From contig CAWFQB010000014.1 in assembly GCA_963817895.1 (NCBI GenBank), positions 480,001 to 544,000 of the forward strand: a stretch of 64,000 bases of DNA. Direction: 5' to 3'. How positions within the stretch are numbered: the first letter of the stretch is position 1; each line of letters starts with the position of its first letter. The notes under the pieces are model-generated. The model did not search any database. It was not told where the DNA came from and saw only the letters and a list, made by a program, of their open reading frames with translations. The stretch is from an uncultured Chthonomonadaceae bacterium. Its GTDB lineage: Bacteria; Armatimonadota; Chthonomonadetes; Chthonomonadales; Chthonomonadaceae. The translations under genes and the position numbers were made by a program. Positions 20,106-30,452 of the stretch are shown piece by piece.

Positions 20106-21445
20106 TTAATCGCTTTGGGGTTCGCGTTCTGAAAATCGTTTTGTAGTTTCCGCCTGTCCATCTTTTCGCCGTTTACAAATACCGCATGAATCTGGCGAAC
20201 GTTGCGAATATCCTGAAGCGGGTTCGCATCCAGCAGGACGCAATCCGCATAGCGTCCCGACTGAATAGTTCCCACCTCTTTTTCTTTTCGCAACACCTGC
20301 GCGGCGTAGCCCGTTGCGGATAGCAGCGCGTCTTTTGGCGTCAGTCCGGCCTCCGTTAATAGCTGTAGTTCGGCCAGCAGTCCGGCTCCCGGCAATACCC
20401 AGGGCGCGGGCGTATCCGTTCCGGCGATCAAACGCGCGTTGTTTCGTTTCAACTCCCTGATTAGTGACAAAAACTGTGTTCGGGAACGTCGGGCGCGGGC
20501 AAAATCCTGCTGTTTCCAGCCTTTGGTTCCGATAAACTCCCAGTACGGGTCGTGCCAGAAACGTTTCCAGCCATCAGGAACCGTTGCCCACCCGCCGTAG
20601 GTTTTGGCGGCTCCCGCCTGTCCCTGCCAGGGCAGAATGGCAACCGCAAGCGTGGGCGTAATGGCGACATGGTGACGGGTAATCGCGCCAATCAATTGCC
20701 GCGTTTTTGCGCCATTCAGATCTACTTCCGGTACGCCCGCAAACGTTTTGCCGTATCCTTCCGGCGTGTGGGGCGGCAGGACGCGCAGTTCCTGAAACAG
20801 CGTGGTAACGTGTTCCAGATTGTCAATGCCCTCGTTTGCCGCGAAACTCGGCAGCGTGGCTGCCAGATGCGCCGTCACGGGCAGGCCGCGACGGTGCGCC
20901 TGCGCGATCACCGCCCGCGTCACGTCCGGTTTCGCCAGCACATACAGTTTCACGCCATCCACGCCCTCCGCCTGCATCGTGTCGAGCAGTTGCGGAACCT
21001 CCCGCGCGTTTTTCACGGCCACTGCGCCCCACCAACTCGGCTTGCCCTCATCAATGTTGCGCCCCATCCAGTAGATGCGAGGTATGGCTTCCGATTTGCC
21101 GCGTTCCCGTAACGCCTGTATGGTTTTCAGGTTCGAGCCGACATCGCGCACACTCGTAACGCCGTACAGAACAAACGTTCCCGGCGTCAGAACCTCATCC
21201 AGATGGACGTGCATATCAATCAAGCCGGGTATCAGCCATTGGCCCCGCGCGTCCACAATCCGGGCGTCTGCCGGTATCGCAACCTGCCCTCGCCTCCCGA
21301 CCGCCGCAAATTTTCCGTTCTGCATCACAACAACGCCGTTACGAATGGGCGCTTTGCCCGTGCCGTCAAAGATATTTACCCCGATTATTGCCGTTGGCGC
21401 ATCCATGACCGGCAGCGTGAACAGCCTGCATCCAGGCGATAACAA
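20090..21445 (-). CDS. Amidohydrolase family protein (start uncertain)
   Basis: PGLIDMHVH, GVTSVRDVG, AGTDTP, GTIQSGRYADCVLL. Confidence 0.9.
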   Translation of the reverse strand: MLSPGCRLFTLPVMDAPTAIIGVNIFDGTGKAPIRNGVVVMQNGKFAAVGRRGQVAIPADARIVDARGQWLIPGLIDMHVHLDEVLTPGTFVLYGVTSVRDVGSNLKTIQALRERGKSEAIPRIYWMGRNIDEGKPSWWGAVAVKNAREVPQLLDTMQAEGVDGVKLYVLAKPDVTRAVIAQAHRRGLPVTAHLAATLPSFAANEGIDNLEHVTTLFQELRVLPPHTPEGYGKTFAGVPEVDLNGAKTRQLIGAITRHHVAITPTLAVAILPWQGQAGAAKTYGGWATVPDGWKRFWHDPYWEFIGTKGWKQQDFARARRSRTQFLSLIRELKRNNARLIAGTDTPAPWVLPGAGLLAELQLLTEAGLTPKDALLSATGYAAQVLRKEKEVGTIQSGRYADCVLLDANPLQDIRNVRQIHAVFVNGEKMDRRKLQNDFQNANPKAIKSLSQ

Positions 21446-21644
21446 GCAACATCCAGAGTGACATTCATTTTCCTTTCACTTCTGCGAGACTTTTTTGGAG
21501 GTGGAATTTTCAATGTAGCCCCTCCAACATTCCCCCGCAACATTACGACTTCCCCATCCGTAACAAAAACCGTTAGCCTACGTCTATATCTGTATCCGCA
21601 ACTTTGCCAACCCTCTCAATATGATTTATTCAGGAGCCGCATCA

Positions 21645-23872
21645 ATGCAATCCCGATGTTTGCTCATCGCGCTGGCCGGAACGTGCCTGCTGCCAACAGC
21701 CGTATACGCCGACTCGCCGGAAGAGCAACTTGCCGCCGCGTCCGCGCTGTATGACGCCCATAAATACGATCAGGCCGCGCAAAAACTGGATGATTTCGTC
21801 GCGCAAAATCCCAAACACGCCAAAGTGGGCGTCGCCGCGTTCGTCCTGGGCCGATGCCGAACGGAATTAAAACAGTATCCGGCCGCCATGGCCGCGTACA
21901 ACAAAGCCACTTACGACAAAGACCCTTCGATTGCAACGCAGGCGGAACTCGGACTGGCCGACGCCGCCATGCAGACCAATCAGTACGATAAAGCGGTCGC
22001 AGCGCTTCAGGAAGCCGTGAAAGGCTCGCTTGAAGCCGGAACAGGCCGCAGTCGCGTGGTACTGGCTTGGCGAGTCCGACTATAATCTCAAAAAGTACGG
22101 CGCGGCGCGGGACGCTTACGATAAAGTCGCCAACGATTTCAGCAAAACCGATCTGGCGTCCGGCGCGTTATACGGCGCGGGATTGTCGGCCTTGCAGGAC
22201 GGTAAGCCCAACGACGCCAAACAGCGCTTTCGCAGCTCTGGCGGACAAGTACCCGCGCAGCAATCAGCGAGGTTCCGCCCTGCTGTATATCGCGCAGATA
22301 GATTTGAACGCCAAAAACACGAATGGACGCGCGGCAGGAATTTGAAACCCTGCTGCGCGACCAGAACGCGCTGCAAAGCAATCCCGGCCTGCGCGCCAAA
22401 GCCGAAGACGGCCTGATTCAGTGCCTGCTGGAAGCCAAAGATTGGGAACACGCCGCGCCCCTGCTGGAAGTGGCTGTCAGCCGGTTGGGACAGGACGACC
22501 CGCAAAAGTACCGCGCCGCCATGAGCCTGGGCAATGCCCGCTATCAGCAGATGCAGTACGACCGCGCCCTCAACGCTTATCAGATCGCCGCGCAGTCCAA
22601 AGAGGATACGGTTGCCGCGCAGGGTTTGTACTGGTCGGCAAACGCCCAACTCGGCCTGAAACGTCCCAACGAGGCCGCCGCGCAGTTCGCGCAGGTCGTA
22701 TCCCGCTTCCCCAAAGACAAACTTGCCGCCAAAGCGCAACTACGCGCCGGGCGACGCGCTTTCCGAAGCCCAAAAACCTAAAGAGGCGACGGTCGCGTAT
22801 CAGGCGGTCGTGGACAAATATCCGCAGTCGCCCGAAGCGACACAGGCGCGTAAAAACATGGGCGATATGGTCGGTTCGCTGGACGATCCCGCGCAGATTC
22901 TTGACCGCCATCAAGAACGCGCCGCCTGAAGCGAAAAACAAAGCCATGCTGCGCGTGGCCCGTTTGTATCTTACCGGAAAGAAAACGCCCGAAGCTATCA
23001 CGGTCCTCAACGATCTGATTAAAAGCAACCCCGCGCCCGAAATCGGCGGGGAAGCGCAGTACCTGCTCGGTCTGGCGTACGACTCGCAGCAGAAAACCGC
23101 GCCTGCCGCCATCGCGCTTGCCGAAGCCACCCGGCTTACGCCCCACGCGACATGGGCATTGGACGCCGATACGCGCCTTGCGGAACTTTATCTCGACCTG
23201 AAACAGCCGGACAAGGCCGAAAAAGCCGCGTCCGCCGCCCTTGACCTGAAACCCGAAGAGCAGGCAGGGCAACAAATCCGGTTGACGCAAATACAGGCGC
23301 AATTGGATCAGAAAAAATGGGACGAGGCGTTTGCCAATTGCCAGACGGTTCTTGCCAATCATCCCACCGCGGAAACCACAGCGACGGCGCTGTACACCCA
23401 GGCCTGGGTCCGCGACAAACAAAACAAGCCCGATGACGCGCTTCTTCTCTGGGACAAACTCGCCAGCGAGTATCCCAAAAGCGAGTATGCAGCCGAGGCC
23501 CTGCTGCAACTCGGAGACGCGCGACTAAAGGCGGAAAAATATGCCGAAGCCCAGGACAAATACTCGCAACTCCTCACGAACTTCCCGAAAAGCCCTTACG
23601 CGCCCGAAGCCCGCTTCAAGCGGGGCAGCGCGCTGTTCAATTCTGGCAAACCGGAGGATGCGGCCGCTGATTTCCAAGCCCTCGCCGACGACAAAACGGC
23701 GGGCAGTTACCAGTCGGAGAGCCTGTATTGGGCGGGTGTCGCCCTTGATAAAGCGGGTAAAAAGGATCAGGCGATCCAACGGCTGACCGCGCTCGTCACG
23801 CAGTACCCGACTCACGCCCGCGTTCCCAACGCCAAAATTCGCCTCGCCGCGCTGAAAGCGGTGAATAACTGA
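21645..23872 (+). CDS. Large exported tetratricopeptide-repeat protein (several frameshifts)
   Basis: Signal peptide; many TPR units with YP/FP-x-S turns across four ORF fragments. Confidence 0.85.
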
Positions 23873-23977
23873 CAATTCAGGGAGTAGGGAGCGGGGAGTA
23901 GGACAATGCGCGACTTGAACAAAACCTTTCCTACAACCTACTCCCTAAAAACTACTCCCTCCTTTTGAGGAACCCGC

Positions 23978-24612
23978 ATGAAGTTACTCGACCTATTCAA
24001 CGAAGCCGACAAAGTGAAATATCCGCTCGGCCTGTTTTCTATTCTCGCGCTTGCAATCATACTGGAGCGCGTGTTTACCCTGTATGCGGCTGAAAACGCT
24101 GGAAGATCAGGCGTTCCTGAAATTGCAGGCCGGACTGGAAAGCGGCAACACCGGTATTGTCAATGATCCCCAACTCGCCGCCGCGCCCGTGACGCAGGTA
24201 ATGGGCGATAGTGACGACGCTGCGCGGGGCGAGTCGGGAGAGCCTGCTCAATGCATCCGAAGTGGCGATTGCGCAGCAGCGGTTGCGTCTGCGCCGCTAT
24301 CTCAGCACTCTGGCGACGATTGGCAGCACCGCTCCCTTTATCGGCCTGTTCGGAACCGTGCTGGGCGTGTTGGGCGCGTTCAAACAGATGGGCCAGGCGG
24401 GGCAGGGCGCGATGGAGGGCAGCGCGGTGGCAGGACAGATTGGAACCGCTCTCAGCGCGACTGCTCATCGGCCTGCTGGTTGCCATTCCCGCTGTTATCG
24501 CGTACAATTACTTAGTCGGCTTAGTGCACGGTCAATGTGCTGCACGTTTCCGGCCACGTTTCGCGCCTGCTTCCCCTGCTGGAAACACCGCATGATCTAC
24601 GCGCCGCCGTGA
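23978..24612 (+). CDS. MotA/TolQ/ExbB proton channel protein (frameshifted)
   Basis: [33 protein letters not shown]. Confidence 0.92.
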
Positions 24613-24642
24613 CCAACGGGCGGGCGCATCAGGAGGTTTGAC

Positions 24643-25062
24643 ATGCACGGCGGCAACAGCAACGAAGACGAGCCGATGGCGGAAATGAACCTGATTCCGC
24701 TCATTGACATTGCCCTGACCCTGCTCATTATTATGATGGTGACGACCGCGTTCGTGCGCAAGCCGGGCGTATCCCTGAAACTGCCGGAAACCACCACCCG
24801 CGAAGGCGCGGCGGAGATGAGCAAGGATCAGACCATCTATATCGGCCCTGACGAAAAACTGTACATGAACGGCAAACCCGTCAGCGATCAGGAAGTGGCG
24901 AACACGATGAAGCAGGTTGCCACTTCCAACAAGGAAGCGCGTATTCTTATTAAGGGCGACCGCGCCATCCGCTATGACCGCGTGATGAGCGTGTTCGACA
25001 TTGTGCGGCAGGCCGGCCTGACCCGCGTGGTTCTGCCGACCGATCCGAAACTGCCGCATTAG
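24643..25062 (+). CDS. ExbD/TolR biopolymer transport protein
   Basis: EMNLIPLIDIALTLLIIMMV; IKGDRAIRY. Confidence 0.92.
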   Translation: MHGGNSNEDEPMAEMNLIPLIDIALTLLIIMMVTTAFVRKPGVSLKLPETTTREGAAEMSKDQTIYIGPDEKLYMNGKPVSDQEVANTMKQVATSNKEARILIKGDRAIRYDRVMSVFDIVRQAGLTRVVLPTDPKLPH

Positions 25063-25200
25063 TTGTTAGTTGTTAGTTGTTAGTTGATAGCCGAACTACT
25101 CTGTTCTTCCTTCTCTTTGCGCGATTACAAGGGTTGCCCGTGCGCTGGTCTATCAACTCTCAACTAACAACTAACAACTCTGAAAGACTGGTAACACGAA

Positions 25201-26885
25201 ATGCGTATCGAACGCTGGTACTGGATCGTTGTATTCTGCGTGATTTCGCTGTTCGCGCACTTCAGTTTGAAGTATGTGCAGGCGTCGCTTGTTCCGACGG
25301 GACATGTCACTCCGGCTTCCACCAATCTGGAGGTGACGCTCGCGCCGCCGGACCCGGTTGCGCCTGCGCCCAGGGCGGTCGAGGCAAAGCCTGCGGAACC
25401 TACGCCCAAACCCGAAACGCCGGAGCCGAAACGGGAAGAAACCGTTACAGCGCGGACGCCTTCAGCGGAACACGACACCAACTTTCATAAGGCTGAAGAT
25501 ACGCGGCATGTGCGCCTGACCGCCGCTTCGCAGGAAGAAAATGCGCTGCCCGACATCAAGAAGGTCGCGCCTGATCCGGTCGGCGTTCAGGATGAGGATA
25601 AGATCACCAATGAAGCGCCACCGGCGGGGCTTCCCAACGCGCCCAAAAGCAACCTGTCGCCGCGCATCGCCAATAACGCGCCCAAAAGCCTGACGGTTCC
25701 CACGGAAGCGGCGGGCGGCGGTTCGTTCGCGCCCGACAAAACCATGACGGGCAAAAACGGCGCGGCGGGTCCTGAAAGCCCTGTGGAAGACGTGGTTTAT
25801 GCCGGGGGCGGGGCGGGGGGCGAAAACCTGCCCAAAGCGCCCGCCAAAGTGGGCGGCGGGGGCGGCAACTCGATTATGACGGTGGAAAACCTCGCTTGCG
25901 AAAGCGGCCATTCCCGAAGACAAACCCGGACTGAATTCAGGAACCGGGAGGCGGCGCGGGAACGGGCGGCGGGGGCGGCATCGGTTCGCGCATCGGCAGA
26001 AGCAACGGCACGCGCCAGAACGGATTGGACCGAATTGCCAGCCTGAACAGCAAACCGGGTAACGGCATCGGGGCGGGTTCGGGCAGCGGGCAGGGTACAA
26101 AGGCTCCCGGCGGCGGCAAAGGCACGGGCGCGGAAACGCCCGGAACCGGGGGCGAAGGCGCGGGTTACGGCAAGGGCGCGGGAATTGACATCGGCGAGGG
26201 CAAGGCCCCACACGGCGAAATGGCGGCCTGACTCGCGGCATTCCTTTTGGTGACATTGTGGGCATGCTGGGCAAGGGCAAACCGGAAGGCGGCGGCAGTG
26301 GCGGGCCGGGACGCGGAGGCGTTTTTGGACAGGCGCCGACGATACGGGGTGGCGGCGGCGGCAACATCCACATCATCTATCTGCTGGACACATCTGGCAG
26401 CATGAAAGAGTTCGGCAAGATATTCAAGGCTCAGGATGCGCTGAAGCGCGCTCTTGCAGAACTACGCCCCACAGATACGTTCAATGTGATGAACTTCGAC
26501 AATTCCGTCCATGTTTTTTCGCCGGATATGTTGTCCGCAACTCTGGACAATAAGACAGAAGGCGTTTCTCTACATTGATAACCTTCAGCTTGATCCGTAC
26601 ACCAACCTTTCCTCGGCCATGGAAAGGGCGTTGCAGGAGCCTGCGGCGACGCATATTTTCATTATGTCCGATGGTGAACCACACAGCGGCATTGAAGATT
26701 TTGAGCAGTTGAAAGCCTTCGTTCGCGCCAAAAACACGCGGGGGGTGGAGATTGACGCGCTGTTTCTGGGGCTTGGCAGACGCTTCGAGATTGGTATGCG
26801 GCTTCTCAGCGGCATTGCGAAAGAAAACAACGGCGCTTTCAGAGCTATCAACATGCTCGATGAGACTGTCATTCCGGGCAGATAA
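25201..26885 (+). CDS. Membrane-anchored Pro/Gly-rich protein with C-terminal vWA domain (frameshifted)
   Basis: N-terminal TM with SLFAH, Pro-rich then Gly-rich linkers, vWA MIDAS DTSGS...TNL...MSDG. Confidence 0.75.
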
Positions 26886-26977
26886 AGGGATCAGGATGTC
26901 AGGTATCGGGCAGCAGGTGAGTTCGCTGACCGGGCAAGTTTGATTCTCTACAACGACTTTTCGTTTTTGTGCTGATA

Positions 26978-27014
26978 AACAGCGCACAGCGCGTATATTA
27001 CGCTGTGCGCTGTT
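26978..27014. terminator. Stem-loop after the vWA gene
   Basis: AACAGCGCACAGCG-9 nt-CGCTGTGCGCTGTT. Confidence 0.55.
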
Positions 27015-27164
27015 GCTTTATGGAAAACACGTCTTTCGGGCAGGAACAAAACGCGGCAACATCGAATTGGTAAATTCATCGCGTTCAATCATAAAACAGC
27101 ATCCGAATACCGAACACCAAACACCGAATACCGAAATATCAAAATATGAGGAGATTCTTGTTCT

Positions 27165-27560
27165 ATGTCGCAGCAAACAATCTATGTCGTGGATGATGAG
27201 CCGCTGATTTCCCGTCTGGCGCAGGTAAATCTGGAACGCGCTGGCTACAAGGTGCTGACCGCTCTGGATGGTATGGAAGCCTTGCAGTCGCTGCAATCCG
27301 GGCAGGTGAAGCCCGACCTAATTTTACTGGACGTGATGATGCCGTTCATGGATGGTTTTGAACTGATGGACCAGTTGAAAGTGGATTTTCAACTGCAATC
27401 CATTCCCATCGTTGTAATGACGGCGCGTTCGAGAGATGAAGACATTCTGATGGGGAAAGAACTCGGAGCGCTACAGTACCTCACCAAGCCCATCAATCCG
27501 TCAGAACTGATCAGCACGGTCAATGGCATACTTAAACCCGCTGGCGAAGCCACGCCATAA
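27165..27560 (+). CDS. Single-domain response regulator
   Basis: VVDDE, LLDVMMP, MTAR, YLTKP. Confidence 0.93.
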   Translation: MSQQTIYVVDDEPLISRLAQVNLERAGYKVLTALDGMEALQSLQSGQVKPDLILLDVMMPFMDGFELMDQLKVDFQLQSIPIVVMTARSRDEDILMGKELGALQYLTKPINPSELISTVNGILKPAGEATP

Positions 27561-27583
27561 ACTATGAGTAGCCCCTCTCCTAG

Positions 27584-27743
27584 TAGTCCGTCAAGGTAGA
27601 ACAGTCAGGTAGGGGTTCTGCTTGCTGCGCCCTCTGCAAGCGGTTGCTGCGCCTTGTTTGAGGAGGGTTCCGCCAACGTTTGAGGAGGGTTCAGCAAGCA
27701 GAACCCCTACAACCGTACCCTAAACTTCTACGTTGACGAAGTA
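27584..27743. mobile_element. 160-bp MITE inserted into a family A repeat with CTAG duplication
   Basis: CTAG at 27580-27583 and 27744-27747; TIR CGTCAAGGTAGAA / TTCTACGTTGACG; empty site at 36217-36252. Confidence 0.8.
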
Positions 27744-27790
27744 CTAGCGCGTTGCGCGGCAAGGAGAGGGGTTAGGGTGAGGTAAATCTT

Positions 27791-28879
27791 TTAGCGGGCA
27801 GCCTGTTCCACTTTTGTGGGCGTTGCCTGTAGCGTAAACTGCTCGATAATGTTGCCATCCGGCTCGACGGCGCGGAGAGACATGGTATCGCCGTTCACGT
27901 TGATCTCGCAATGATGGTGTACCATTTTTGCCTTCTTGATGTAGGGCGTATCCGGTGTCACGCTGTACAGGGGAGCGCCGCCACCGCCTGATACCACATA
28001 CGTAATGCCATGCGCGACATGCCGCTGATAGTCGTGGTCGTGGCCGTTGAGAACCAACTGCACATGCCCCTCCTGCAAAATCGGTTCCAGCCGTTTGGCG
28101 CGTTCCAGCAACTCGGCGCGGCGTCCGGGCTTGTCCACACAGGTATGTACCGTATGGTGGAAGAATACAACCCGCCACTTCGCGTTTTGATGCGCCTGTA
28201 AATCCTTCTTCAGCCACTCCTGTTGCGCCGCAAATTCCGCTTCCGGGCGGTTGCTGTCCAGCGCGGTAAAGTGGACATTGCCGTAGTCAAACGAGTATTC
28301 CGCCGGGACGCCGAAATAGCGGAAATACGGCGCGCCCTCCCGCTCGTGGTTGCCCAGACTCGGATAGTACGCGGTTTCGCTTAACGCCTTGCCTGCCACC
28401 TGCCAGAACTCATCCCAGTGCGCCTCGTTGTTGCCGTCCGCCACCTGATCGCCCGTTTGTATCACGAAATCCGGCTTGAATTTGCTCATGCTTGCCAGCA
28501 CCGAAGCGTGTACCTGCGGCTGCGTTCGATTGTCGCCATACGCGACGAACTTGAAAGGCTGACTGACGGGCGCGGCCGTGATAAACCCGCCCGATTTTGT
28601 CGCGCCCTCGCACGTTACCGTGTACGCATAGCGCGTATATGGTTTCAGGCCGGACAGCAGAACGCGATGGTAGCGCGTCGGCGCAGCGTCCTTGCCCGCT
28701 GCTTTCCCATCCGCGAGTGTCACCGTTCCAGTCGTCGGCGTGTCGCTAACCCAACACACGGTTATGCCCGTCGCAGTCGGCATCATCAGGTACGGCCCCT
28801 TGTCAATCCCCGTCGCCTGAGCAACCCCGCACAAGACAAGAAGAAATACCACGGCTGCAATTTGAAACGAATTTTTCAT
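27791..28879 (-). CDS. Secreted purple-acid-phosphatase-like metallophosphoesterase
   Basis: FN3-like N-terminus; YGDNR, TGDQV, GNHE, GHDHDY, SGGGGAPLY. Confidence 0.9.
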   Translation of the reverse strand: MKNSFQIAAVVFLLVLCGVAQATGIDKGPYLMMPTATGITVCWVSDTPTTGTVTLADGKAAGKDAAPTRYHRVLLSGLKPYTRYAYTVTCEGATKSGGFITAAPVSQPFKFVAYGDNRTQPQVHASVLASMSKFKPDFVIQTGDQVADGNNEAHWDEFWQVAGKALSETAYYPSLGNHEREGAPYFRYFGVPAEYSFDYGNVHFTALDSNRPEAEFAAQQEWLKKDLQAHQNAKWRVVFFHHTVHTCVDKPGRRAELLERAKRLEPILQEGHVQLVLNGHDHDYQRHVAHGITYVVSGGGGAPLYSVTPDTPYIKKAKMVHHHCEINVNGDTMSLRAVEPDGNIIEQFTLQATPTKVEQAAR

Positions 28880-28952
28880 TATCACTCCATTCAAGAAGTT
28901 TCCATGAACTTCACTCGCCATTCTAGTTTACCGTCAAGGTACATGAGTTAAG

Positions 28953-29055
28953 TAGGGGCGTTGCTTGCTGCGCCTTTTTAGGGGCGTTGCTTGCTGCGCC
29001 TTTTTAGGGGCGTTGCTTGCTGCGCCTTTTTAGGGGCGTTGCTTGCTGCGCCTTT
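28953..29055. repeat. 4 x 26-bp tandem array of REP half-sites
   Basis: TAGGGGCGTTGCTTGCTGCGCCTTTT at 28953, 28979, 29005 and 29031 (last copy one T short), followed by an inverted REP. Confidence 0.9.
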
Positions 29056-29151
29056 GCTTGAGGAGGGTTCAGCAAGCAGAACCCCTACAACGCCCCTATC
29101 ATTCTACTTTGCCGCACAACGCGCTAAGATAAGTGCGGGGTGAGGTACAAC

Positions 29152-30138
29152 CTACGGCGTGAGTTTCAGCAGGTAGCTGTTCTTGTCATCGAAGTAGCAC
29201 GTCCAGACGGCGTGGGTTTTAGTGTCCACTGTCAGAGTGTGCGAACCTTTGGGAGTGGTCACTTTACCGAGCGATTTGATGCCGTCTTCCGTTTCCTGCG
29301 CGATGGAGATGGCGCCCTTGCAGGCGCAATAAATGCGCTGATTGCCCGGATCGAATGCGATCTGATCCACGCCCTTTTCAATGTCTATAGACGAGAATAC
29401 TTTGCCCGTTTTCAGGTCAATGGCGACCAGTTTGCCGTTGCTGCCTGCGGAAAACAACTTCTGCGTTTTGCCATCAATCGCCAGTCCATGCGGGCCGACA
29501 GCGGGCGCGGTATCGAAGGTTTTTTCCACTTTGTTCGTTGCGGGATCAATCACCTGAACCGTGCTGTTGCTTTTGATGTTCTGGTAGATGCGGTCGCTGG
29601 TTCGGTCATATTCCAGCTTTTCGGGCGCAGTCGGAATTTTCACCGTATCCACGATCTTCTCGGTTTTGGGGTCAATTACCCACACATCTTCGCCATCATC
29701 GTGGTCAGCGTAAATCATGCCGTTCTTCGGGCAGTACAGCACATCGTCTACCGGCCCGGTTACGGCAATCTCCCCGGTTTTCTTCAATGTGGCATAGTCC
29801 AAAATGACGACTTTGTGCTCCACGTCATCGCCTAAAAATATTTTATTGTCCCGGCGGTCAATGCCAATGCCCTGCGCGGTTCCCACTTCGGGCGAAGGCA
29901 GAGCCGTATCCGTTTTCAAATCCACAACGGCAACGCTTTTGGTTCCCTTGTGCGTGGCAAACACGCGCTGCCCGTTGCCATCCACGCGCATCCAGTCAAA
30001 ACCGCCCGCGCCGCCCGCAATCATAATCGGCTTGCCTGCGGTCAACACAGGCGCATCGGCAGGCGCGGCAAACGAGCGAAACGCGGCAACGCCCAACAGG
30101 GCGGCGGCAATCAATGTAACTTTTCGGTTTGAAAACAT
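29152..30138 (-). CDS. YncE-family secreted beta-propeller protein
   Basis: Signal peptide; GFDW, repeated VIDP/VVD blades, PHGLAID. Confidence 0.85.
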   Translation of the reverse strand: MFSNRKVTLIAAALLGVAAFRSFAAPADAPVLTAGKPIMIAGGAGGFDWMRVDGNGQRVFATHKGTKSVAVVDLKTDTALPSPEVGTAQGIGIDRRDNKIFLGDDVEHKVVILDYATLKKTGEIAVTGPVDDVLYCPKNGMIYADHDDGEDVWVIDPKTEKIVDTVKIPTAPEKLEYDRTSDRIYQNIKSNSTVQVIDPATNKVEKTFDTAPAVGPHGLAIDGKTQKLFSAGSNGKLVAIDLKTGKVFSSIDIEKGVDQIAFDPGNQRIYCACKGAISIAQETEDGIKSLGKVTTPKGSHTLTVDTKTHAVWTCYFDDKNSYLLKLTP

Positions 30139-30184
30139 GAAGTGTCCTTTGTTGTGTTAAGCTAATCGCGCGAACGATGTAATG

Positions 30185-30362
30185 TTACTGTTCGCCGCGC
30201 TTCTTGTGTTCGGCATTGAGGGCTTTCTGCTGCGCCGACATGCCGCTGTTCATCTCATCGCCGGGTTTATCCCCCATCTTTTGCGACGAACAGCCGGAAG
30301 TGATTATTGCGCAAAACAGAAGTAGAATCAGAGGGCGTAATCTTGCGACAGATTGAGTTCAT
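30185..30362 (-). CDS. Small lipoprotein (about 58 aa; 1-base frameshift at the start; not in the ORF track)
   Basis: M-TQSVARLRPLILLLFCAIITSG|CSSQKMGDKPGDEMNSGMSAQQKALNAEHKKRGEQ*; GGAG upstream. Confidence 0.65.
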
Positions 30363-30399
30363 AAGTTGTTCACTCCAGTACGAAGACGATGCAGGCGCA

Positions 30400-30440
30400 A
30401 GCGCGGCGTGGAAGCGAAACAATTTGCTTCCACGCCGCGC
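30400..30440. terminator. Strong hairpin downstream of the DUF1559 gene
   Basis: GCGCGGCGTGGAAGCGAA-loop-TTTGCTTCCACGCCGCGC. Confidence 0.6.
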
Positions 30441-30452
30441 TGATATTTGTCA

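Noticed and set aside
28953..29055. Possible CRISPR array
   Set aside because: Units are head-to-tail with no unique spacers and no cas genes; they are REP half-sites
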